Source: Sedimenticolaceae bacterium (GTDB taxonomy: Bacteria > Pseudomonadota > Gammaproteobacteria > Chromatiales > Chromatiaceae). Taken from it: 64,000 nt of DNA. Within the stretch, counting starts at the first letter, position 1, and each line of letters starts with the position of its first letter. The stretch covers positions 293,795 through 357,794 of the forward strand of contig OY829891.1 of NCBI GenBank assembly GCA_963691905.1, written 5' to 3'. Of the stretch, positions 56,684-64,000 are shown one piece after another. The notes beneath the pieces were generated by a model. It did no database searches, was not told the DNA's origin, and saw only the letters and a program-made list of their open reading frames with translations. The position numbers and the translations under genes are program-made.

Positions 56684-57865
56684 ATGAACACACCTATCTT
56701 CAACCCCCCAATCCGTACGCTCATGGGCCCCGGCCCCTCGGATGTGCATCCGCGCATTCTGGAAGCCCTCTCCCGCCCGACCATCGGCCATCTGGATCCA
56801 GCCTTCGTCGGCATGATGGAGCAGACCAAAGCGCTGCTGCAGTACGCCTTCCAAACCGAAAATGCACTGACCATGCCGGTCTCCGCCCCCGGTTCCGCCG
56901 GCATGGAGACCTGCTTCGCCAATCTGGTCGAACCGGGTGACAAGGTCATCGTCTGCCAGAATGGTGTCTTCGGCGGTCGCATGAAAGAGAACGTGGAACG
57001 TTGCGGCGGCACCCCGGTGATGGTCGAGGATGAGTGGGGCACTGCGGTCGATCTGCAGAAGGCCGAGGATGCACTGAAAGCCAACCCCGACGCCAAAATT
57101 CTCGCCTTCGTACATGCGGAGACCTCCACCGGCGCCCAGTCCGATGCCAAAGAGCTGGCGGCGCTGGCCCATGCCCACGACTGCCTGACCATCGTCGATG
57201 CGGTGACTTCCCTCGGCGGCACCCCGGTTAAGGTGGACGAATGGGAGATCGACAGCATCTACTCCGGTACTCAGAAGTGTCTCTCCTGCACCCCCGGCAT
57301 CTCGCCGATCAGCTTCAGCGAACGCGCCCTGAAGAAGGTTCGCAACCGTTCAGGCAAGGTGCAGAGCTGGTTCCTCGACCTCAATCTGGTAATGGGTTAT
57401 TGGGGTAGCGGACAGAAGCGAGCCTACCACCACACCGCCCCGGTGAACGCGCTCTACGGACTGCATGAATCGCTGCGCATCCTTGAGGAAGAGGGGCTGG
57501 AGAACGCCTGGGCAAGACACCGGAAGATACATCTGGCGCTGAAGGCCGGTCTGGAGGCGATGGGGCTCTCCTTCATCGTCGACGAGGCGCACCGTCTGCC
57601 CCAGCTCAACGCCGTATCCATTCCCGAGGGGGTGGACGACGCAGCCGTTCGCGGACGTCTGCTCAACGAATACAATCTGGAGATCGGTGCCGGTCTCGGC
57701 ACACTGGCCGGAAAGGTCTGGCGTGTCGGTCTCATGGGACACAGCGCCCGGGCAGAGAACGTCCTGCTCTGCGTTGGCGCCCTGGAAGCAGTCCTGAGCG
57801 ACATGGGGGCACCGATCAATACCGGCGTAGCCCTGGCTGCGGTACAGAAAGCATTGCAGGCTTAA
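56684..57865 (+). CDS. Class V aminotransferase (serine-pyruvate / alanine-glyoxylate aminotransferase-like)
   Basis: 393 aa with a PLP-lysine context SGTQKCL. Confidence 0.8.
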   Translation: MNTPIFNPPIRTLMGPGPSDVHPRILEALSRPTIGHLDPAFVGMMEQTKALLQYAFQTENALTMPVSAPGSAGMETCFANLVEPGDKVIVCQNGVFGGRMKENVERCGGTPVMVEDEWGTAVDLQKAEDALKANPDAKILAFVHAETSTGAQSDAKELAALAHAHDCLTIVDAVTSLGGTPVKVDEWEIDSIYSGTQKCLSCTPGISPISFSERALKKVRNRSGKVQSWFLDLNLVMGYWGSGQKRAYHHTAPVNALYGLHESLRILEEEGLENAWARHRKIHLALKAGLEAMGLSFIVDEAHRLPQLNAVSIPEGVDDAAVRGRLLNEYNLEIGAGLGTLAGKVWRVGLMGHSARAENVLLCVGALEAVLSDMGAPINTGVALAAVQKALQA

Positions 57866-57895
57866 GGAGCTTCTGATTTTCAAGCAGGAAGAGAC

Positions 57896-58486
57896 ATGAT
57901 CGGCAGACCCGGCCCAAGGCAACGCCGTGCGGTTTTCTTCCTGTTGGCGATTTCCGTCTTCGCCATCAGCTACTATTTGGGCAACCGCAATAAAACCGAT
58001 GATGCCGTCCCAATCTCCGGCGTGGTGATGCGTCCCCCAACCCCGGCCCCGGAATTTCAGCTTTTCGATCAGTCGAACGAGGCTTTTTCGCAAGAGCGGC
58101 TGCAGGGGAGCTGGAACCTGCTGGTGCTGGACCCACAGTCCGGCACCGCATCCCCCGCCTTCTACCGCATGGTTCAGGTGTACAATCGTCTGGCCATCGA
58201 ATCGGAGCTGCAACGTCAGACCCACTTCATCTACGTTCCCAGAGAGAGCAGTGACGACATCAAGGCTGGCGCCGGCAGACTCGGTTCCAACTTTCTCGCG
58301 CTGCACGGCACAGAGCAGAATGTCGATGAAACTTTCTCTCGTTTCGGTGTGTCAGATATCACTGACAGCTTCACCCTCTACCTCATTGACCCTGAGGCGC
58401 GGATTCATGCACTGTTTACCGACGTGCAGGATGCGGCTACCATCGCAGCTGATCTGAAGGCAATTATCAGCAACCAAAATCCATGA
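57896..58486 (+). CDS. Membrane-anchored thioredoxin-fold (SCO/SenC-like) protein lacking an obvious CxxxC
   Basis: 196 aa with an N-terminal TM helix. The overall pattern resembles SCO1/SenC, but I found no cysteine pair. Confidence 0.45.
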   Translation: MIGRPGPRQRRAVFFLLAISVFAISYYLGNRNKTDDAVPISGVVMRPPTPAPEFQLFDQSNEAFSQERLQGSWNLLVLDPQSGTASPAFYRMVQVYNRLAIESELQRQTHFIYVPRESSDDIKAGAGRLGSNFLALHGTEQNVDETFSRFGVSDITDSFTLYLIDPEARIHALFTDVQDAATIAADLKAIISNQNP

Positions 58487-59394
58487 AAAACTCTCCTGCT
58501 GCCCGGCACGGCGCCCCTGAAACCATTGGCAACAAACTTTTTGTGGGTCTCCAATACCTGCTGCCACACCACCTTTTATCGGCAATCATGTACCGCATCA
58601 CCCGCTCGGAGTGGAAACCCTTCAAGGATCTGCTGATCCGCAAGGCCATTGAGTGGTATCGGGTGGATATGGATCTGGCGCTGGAGTCGGATCCAGCGGT
58701 CTATCGCAGCTTCAACGACTTCTTTACCCGCGTCCTGCGACCGGATGCGAGACCCGTCGCTGCGCAACAGGACGCCATCACCTCTCCCGCCGACGGCACA
58801 CTGAGCCAGGCAGGGGATATCGAGAGCGGCTATCTGTTCCAGGCCAAGGGGCACGACTACTCACTGCTGGAACTGCTGGGTGGCGATATCGAGTGGAGCC
58901 GCCGTTTCGAGGAGGGCAGTTTTGCCACCATCTACCTCTCACCGCGTGACTACCATCGCGTACACATGCCGTTTTCCGGCACTCTGAAAAAGATGATCCA
59001 TGTGCCGGGACGCCTGTTCAGTGTCAACAACACCACTGCCCGTATGGTGCCCAATCTCTTTGCCCGCAACGAACGGGTTGTCTCTCTCTTCGAAACCGAG
59101 GCTGGACCCATGGCCGTCATCCTGGTGGGCGCGATCTTTGTCTCCAGCATGGATACCGTCTGGTCGGGCACAGTGACCCCTGTTTCAAAACAGGTACGGG
59201 AATGGCACTACGCAGAACAGCCGGCGCCTACGGAGATCACCCTTGAAAAGGGAGAGGAGATGGGGCGCTTCAATATGGGTTCCACTGTGATCCTGCTGTT
59301 CGGCCAGGATGCCATGGACTGGATGGATGAGCTGACGCCGGAGATGCCGCTGAAGATGGGCGAACAGATTGGTCAGGCGCAGGCAATATTGTAG
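58483..59394 (+). CDS. psd: Phosphatidylserine decarboxylase proenzyme
   Basis: 303 aa with a self-cleavage motif context FNMGSTVILLF and YHRVHMP. Confidence 0.9.
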   Translation: MKNSPAARHGAPETIGNKLFVGLQYLLPHHLLSAIMYRITRSEWKPFKDLLIRKAIEWYRVDMDLALESDPAVYRSFNDFFTRVLRPDARPVAAQQDAITSPADGTLSQAGDIESGYLFQAKGHDYSLLELLGGDIEWSRRFEEGSFATIYLSPRDYHRVHMPFSGTLKKMIHVPGRLFSVNNTTARMVPNLFARNERVVSLFETEAGPMAVILVGAIFVSSMDTVWSGTVTPVSKQVREWHYAEQPAPTEITLEKGEEMGRFNMGSTVILLFGQDAMDWMDELTPEMPLKMGEQIGQAQAIL

Positions 59395-59492
59395 GCTTTA
59401 TCTCTTATTGGGCCACCGCCCCAAAGCAAATTGGTGCGGTGGTGGTACACCGGCACCTCATCGCTGTGGGGCCTACAGACAAACCCTTCGCT

Positions 59493-62400
59493 TTAGAACC
59501 GAACTATTATCTCCTCTGAGTAACCCGATTCAATGCCCGCATTATCGATTGCGGTTACCGCCAGATACCAGACTCCGTCACTGGGTAGCGTAACAACGTG
59601 GGATATCATACTATCCGCCACCTCCCAATGCTCGTAGTTACCGGGTTCCTGGCCGTAATAGACGCGATATGATTGAACATTCCCACCCTCACTGGGTGTC
59701 CAGGAAATCTGCACCCGATTGCTGGCTGCCTCACATGAAGTGATACAGGTGACGTCCACACTAACGGTGGCGGTGGCGCTGTCACCATCGAGATCGGTTA
59801 CCTCGTAGGCAAAGCTGTCCCTGCCTGAATAACCGGCAGCTGCCCGATAGATGACCTCATTATCTGCAGTGATGCTCAACTCCCCTTTGATCGCGGATTC
59901 CAGGATGCGCAAACTGATCGGCCCATCCTGCAGACCGGTATCATTGGCCAGCACAGCGACCAAAACAGATTCACCTGCAACGACTGCGGCCAGATCATCG
60001 ACAGCTACCGGCTGATGGTTGAGTCCTGTGACAAGAATGGAAAAAGGTGTCAGCTGGCTCGTAACCGTTCCATCGCTCACAGAGATGGCAACATCCATAT
60101 ATTCACCGACATCAGACTCAGCAGGTGTGCCGCTCAAGGTGCCGGTGGTGCGGTCGAAGTTCAACCATGTTGGTTTTCCACTGACGGCAAAGGTCATACT
60201 GTCACCGTCAGCATCTGAGGCGCTGGGGATAAAATGATACGCACTGCCTGCGGAGACCCCGGCAGCAGGTTCACCGCCAATCTCAGGCGCTCTGTTGACA
60301 TTACTGACTACCAGGGTGAAGGGGGATAGTGCAGCACTCGCCTTTCCATCCGTTACCGATAGACTGATATCCGAATAGCTGCCTGCATCACCAAAGCCCG
60401 GGGTACCGGAGATGACTCCAGTTGCGGCATCAAAACTTGCCCAAGCAGGCAGATTACGAACACTGAAGATCAGTTTATCGCCATCAGCATCGGCAGCTGC
60501 AGGAGCAAAATGGTAGGGGGTATTTTCCGCCACAACCAACACGGGTTCACCGGTAATTGTCGGCGCATGATTCGGTAGCTGTGGATCTGTAGTGCCGACA
60601 TGCTCAAATGCCCCCATATCCGGTGCAGTACCGTTGTATTTCAGAGCCACGCCCTGACCGGCATTCCAGCTCAATGCACGATCGAGGGTGATGGTGTGGC
60701 TGGCATAGTTGATCCCAACGATAATGGCTGTCTCATTGCTGCCCTGTAGCTGGATCTCATCCCCGGTCTCACCGGCGATCCCGAAACCGTCGTAGAAGTA
60801 ACCGGCATCATCGACCACCAGGGTGGTGCCGCTACCGCTGCCCACAGCGGTGGTGAGGAAGCGTCCGGCATCAATCATTGGACTCGTGGGTTGAAGGGTG
60901 AAGACGTGGTTGACCTCATCCACGAACTGCGGGTCCTGCTCCAGGTTGTTTACGTAGAAAGCCGGTTTAGTGTTCTGCGCATCGACCAGTGAGATGCCGC
61001 TGCTGCCCCAGTGTCCGATTACATTATCCCCCGGATTGCCAGAGAAGAAGTTGTTGGTGTCGAACTGATAACCCGACATGTCGTTGCGGTAGACGTGCTG
61101 GTAGGGAACGTCGGGCTTTTCGCAATCCGTGTTCCTGTTGAGGATGTTGTTGGCGAAGAGGTTGTCCTCAAAGCCCCCCACTGAAGAGTCCATCGTGGTG
61201 ATGCCGCCACAGAGGTTTTTGTGGAAGACGTTGTTGTAGACCCGGTTGTGGGTGTTGAAACGAGCCTCCTGACTGTAGTTCTGCATGCCAAGACCGGAGT
61301 TGTTCGCATAAAAGACATTCTGGCGAATGATGCCGTTTTGACCCGCATATTGGATACCGTTGCCGCCGGAGGTGCTGTAATAAGCGTTGGTCTTGGCGAA
61401 GGTATTGCCCTCCACCAGATTGTACTTGGTGGCGTCGTGAAGGGTGAACTCGTGATCGAAGCCCACATTGTCACAGTCGTAGATCTCGCCGATCTTCTGG
61501 ATCTCGTTATCGAAATGGTTATTGCGGATCACGTTGAAGTTGCCGCACTTGATCACCCAGAGCGTATGGCTGGCGCGTACAAAGGTGTTGCCCTCCACCA
61601 GGTTGTGATCCGATTTGATCAGAGCAAGGTTGTCCTGTGAAGAGTTCTCGATGGTGTTGTTGAGAATCTTGTTATGGGTCGACTCCTGAAAGAACAGGCC
61701 GGTCTTGGCGCTGGTGCTGCCGTGGTTTGCCCGCAGAAAGCTGTTGTACTGCAGGATGTTGTGATGAGCGTTGAGGGCATACATCCAACGGTAGACATCG
61801 TGAACCCGCAATCCCTGCAGAATAAGGTATTCGCGATTGGAGATGTCGATGGCCGGACTGAGGTTGGTGCCGGTGATCGTCGCCTGCTCTGATTCGTAGT
61901 TACGATAGGTGATGTAGTTGCCGGGGGTGCCGGAGTTCTGCGGAATCAGCGGTTCGTTATAGCTGCCTTCACGAATCAAAACGGTTTCACCGGCGGCGGC
62001 CGCTGCGGCTACCCCGCTCAGACTGCGAAAGGCAGCGTCGGAACCTGCACCGCAGGCGCGACTGCCGGCATCATAGTCGTTACAGCTCGATGCGCCGATG
62101 AGTGGGTCGACATAGAGATTGTTACCCCCGCCAGGTGCGGGTGCGGTGACGATGATCTGGAAGGCGTTCAGTGTTGCACTCTCGGCACCGTCTGAGACAG
62201 AGATGCCGATATTGCTATAGCTGCCTGCCGTGCCTGCGCCAGGTGTGCCGGAGAGCTGCCCGCTGGTTGTGTTGAAGCTGGCCCAGGCTGGCTTGTTGGT
62301 GATACTGAAGGTCAAGTTGTCGCCATCCGGATCAGAGGCGCTGGGGGTGAAGCTGTAGGCTGAACCTTCAGCGACACTACTGGCAGGAGACCCACTGATG

Positions 62401-64000
62401 GCCGGTGCCTGGTTTGTGTTACTGACAGTGATGGAAAAGCTGGGCAGTGTGGCGCTGTCAGTGCCGTCGGTCACGCTGATAAGGATATCGCCCCAGATTC
62501 CGGCATCGTTGTAACCGGGGTTGCCGAACAGTTCGCCAGTGGTGGAGTCGAAGCCGGCCCATTTCGGTCTGTTGGTGATGCTGAAGCTCAGTGTGTCACC
62601 ATCCGCATCGGATGCGCTCGGGATGAAGGTATAAGTCGCTTTCTCGGCAATGCTTGTAGCCGGAGAGCCGGAGATGGTCGGTGCCTGATTATTGTTGCTT
62701 GCGGTTACGGTAATAGTGAAGCTGGCCAACGAGGCAGTGCCTGCGCCGTCGGTTACGCTGATGCTGATATTGTCATAGCTGCCAGCCGTACCGGCGCCAG
62801 GCGTACCGGATAGATCTCCAGTGGTAGTGTTGAATCCGGCCCATACCGGCTTGTTGCTGATGCTGAAGACCAGCATATCGCCATCCGCATCGGATGCGTT
62901 GGGGGTAAAGCTGTAGGCCGAACCTTCAGCGACACTACCGGCAGGAGACCCGCTGATCGTCGGCAAGCGGTTTGTATCGCTGACGGTAATGGAAAAACCA
63001 GCAAGCGTAGCGCTCTCTGTGCCGTCAGTGACACTGATACTGATAAGGCCATAGTTGCCAGCAGCATCAAAGCCGGGGGTACCGGAGATAATCCCAGTCA
63101 CAGGATCAAAACTTGCCCAAGCAGGCAGATTGCGGACACTAAAGTTCAGTTTATCGCCATCGGCATCACCGGCTTCAGGCGCAAAATAGTAAGGCGTATT
63201 TTCTGCCACAACAGTAGCAGGAAGACCGGAGATGGTCGGCGCATGATTCGGTAGCTGTGGATCTGTTGGATCTGTAGTGCCGCCACCCTCGCTAGCCTGG
63301 TAGTTGATGACCAATAGAGGGGCTTTATCTGCCTTGCCGTCAAAAGAAGAGGCCACACGGCGTCCGTTACCTTTTATGACCACCGCCAGATGATTTCCGG
63401 CCTGCCAATCCGGTTGGTCGACCGCAGCCTGTATCAGGGCAGAGATATCGGGCGTTCTTTGCCCAGCACCTGCTCTCCCTCTTTTTCTCCAAGCTGATGG
63501 AGACCATGCAACAGACTTAGCAAAAAGCGACCGTGATGAAACGTTATAACTGCTTTTCTGAAACGGCGCTGCATTGGACGTCTGCTCCACACCAATTTGA
63601 AGGCTGCTGTCACCACGGGAAACCTTATCGACAGTAAACTGGAGGTTCGCTTCATCGATGCGGGCACCCTGCGGCAGATCAACAGCGAAGCGAAGTCCGA
63701 CAACCTGATACTCACCATCGTATATCAGTTCAATATCAGAACTATTGGCGTAGATATTTCCATCCTCTTCCTCTTCCACATCATCAAGGGATGAGGAGAT
63801 GCGACTGGTGAACTGTTTTGAAACTACAGGCTCTTCTATCACCGGCTCCTCGGGAACAGGAGCTGTCTCACTATCTGTGTATAAAACAGACAGCAGCGGC
63901 GCCTTATTCATTTCGCCGTCATAAGAGGATGCAGTGCGCCGGCCACTGCCTTTAATAACAACTACAACATGGCTTCCGGATTTCCAGTCAGGTTGATCGA
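59493..64000 (-). CDS. Giant surface protein (partial, N-terminus beyond the window): cadherin-like/He_PIG Ig repeats, right-handed beta-helix, C-terminal FN3-like domain
   Basis: The frame stays open to the window edge. Codons upstream of the ORF-track Met at 63911 repeat the module ..DQPDW.[AS]G.H..VVIKG.GRR.ASS[FY]DG...KAPLL. There are six or more repeats of the type NxAPTISG.P......Y.F.P.A.DADGD.L.FS..N.P.WA.F....G..SGTP, plus PbH1-type beta-helix repeats. Confidence 0.75.
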   Translation of the reverse strand, partial: DQPDWKSGSHVVVVIKGSGRRTASSYDGEMNKAPLLSVLYTDSETAPVPEEPVIEEPVVSKQFTSRISSSLDDVEEEEDGNIYANSSDIELIYDGEYQVVGLRFAVDLPQGARIDEANLQFTVDKVSRGDSSLQIGVEQTSNAAPFQKSSYNVSSRSLFAKSVAWSPSAWRKRGRAGAGQRTPDISALIQAAVDQPDWQAGNHLAVVIKGNGRRVASSFDGKADKAPLLVINYQASEGGGTTDPTDPQLPNHAPTISGLPATVVAENTPYYFAPEAGDADGDKLNFSVRNLPAWASFDPVTGIISGTPGFDAAGNYGLISISVTDGTESATLAGFSITVSDTNRLPTISGSPAGSVAEGSAYSFTPNASDADGDMLVFSISNKPVWAGFNTTTGDLSGTPGAGTAGSYDNISISVTDGAGTASLASFTITVTASNNNQAPTISGSPATSIAEKATYTFIPSASDADGDTLSFSITNRPKWAGFDSTTGELFGNPGYNDAGIWGDILISVTDGTDSATLPSFSITVSNTNQAPAISGSPASSVAEGSAYSFTPSASDPDGDNLTFSITNKPAWASFNTTSGQLSGTPGAGTAGSYSNIGISVSDGAESATLNAFQIIVTAPAPGGGNNLYVDPLIGASSCNDYDAGSRACGAGSDAAFRSLSGVAAAAAAGETVLIREGSYNEPLIPQNSGTPGNYITYRNYESEQATITGTNLSPAIDISNREYLILQGLRVHDVYRWMYALNAHHNILQYNSFLRANHGSTSAKTGLFFQESTHNKILNNTIENSSQDNLALIKSDHNLVEGNTFVRASHTLWVIKCGNFNVIRNNHFDNEIQKIGEIYDCDNVGFDHEFTLHDATKYNLVEGNTFAKTNAYYSTSGGNGIQYAGQNGIIRQNVFYANNSGLGMQNYSQEARFNTHNRVYNNVFHKNLCGGITTMDSSVGGFEDNLFANNILNRNTDCEKPDVPYQHVYRNDMSGYQFDTNNFFSGNPGDNVIGHWGSSGISLVDAQNTKPAFYVNNLEQDPQFVDEVNHVFTLQPTSPMIDAGRFLTTAVGSGSGTTLVVDDAGYFYDGFGIAGETGDEIQLQGSNETAIIVGINYASHTITLDRALSWNAGQGVALKYNGTAPDMGAFEHVGTTDPQLPNHAPTITGEPVLVVAENTPYHFAPAAADADGDKLIFSVRNLPAWASFDAATGVISGTPGFGDAGSYSDISLSVTDGKASAALSPFTLVVSNVNRAPEIGGEPAAGVSAGSAYHFIPSASDADGDSMTFAVSGKPTWLNFDRTTGTLSGTPAESDVGEYMDVAISVSDGTVTSQLTPFSILVTGLNHQPVAVDDLAAVVAGESVLVAVLANDTGLQDGPISLRILESAIKGELSITADNEVIYRAAAGYSGRDSFAYEVTDLDGDSATATVSVDVTCITSCEAASNRVQISWTPSEGGNVQSYRVYYGQEPGNYEHWEVADSMISHVVTLPSDGVWYLAVTAIDNAGIESGYSEEIIVRF

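Overview
This 64-kb window looks like it comes from a sulfur-oxidising gammaproteobacterium; that taxonomic call is an inference from gene content. Core genes include soxB, fabI, tex, psd, a 4-gene Opp/Yej-type peptide ABC importer, an ABC-2 exporter, hsp20 and tRNA-Sec. Several families of palindromic REP elements are scattered between them. The main finding is an accessory block at about 7.9-22.9 kb built around a diversity-generating retroelement (DGR). It has a DGR-type reverse transcriptase (IGNLTSQ and YVDD motifs) and an Avd-like four-helix-bundle gene. Two large paralogous genes flank these, each with a DUF4062 N-terminus, a NACHT (STAND) NTPase and a C-terminal FGE-sulfatase / C-type-lectin-fold domain. 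The last ~40 codons of both genes form a 121-nt repeat. The two copies differ at only 13 nucleotides. All 13 are compatible with adenine-specific mutagenesis of an AAC-rich template. I found no third, free-standing template repeat (TR) in the window. Copy 1 is almost entirely AAC codons, is followed by a read-through tail, and lies on the RT strand, so it may be a TR/VR hybrid. Target 2 sits at the end of a same-strand array: TIR-domain gene, DUF4157 zincin-like gene, a 5' fragment of the NACHT gene, a second DUF4157 gene, then the NACHT gene. This array arose by a ~2.43-kb tandem duplication. It carries an 82-nt hairpin element with a compensatory base-pair change between the two copies. I read the block as a candidate hypervariable-sensor STAND conflict system. 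A second accessory stretch (43.2-49.3 kb) abuts the 3' end of tRNA-Sec. It holds a RAYT transposase with its GGGGTCGGAGTC REP family and a complete IS66 element with an 8-bp target duplication. All protein family calls come from reading motifs in the translations. No database search was run.
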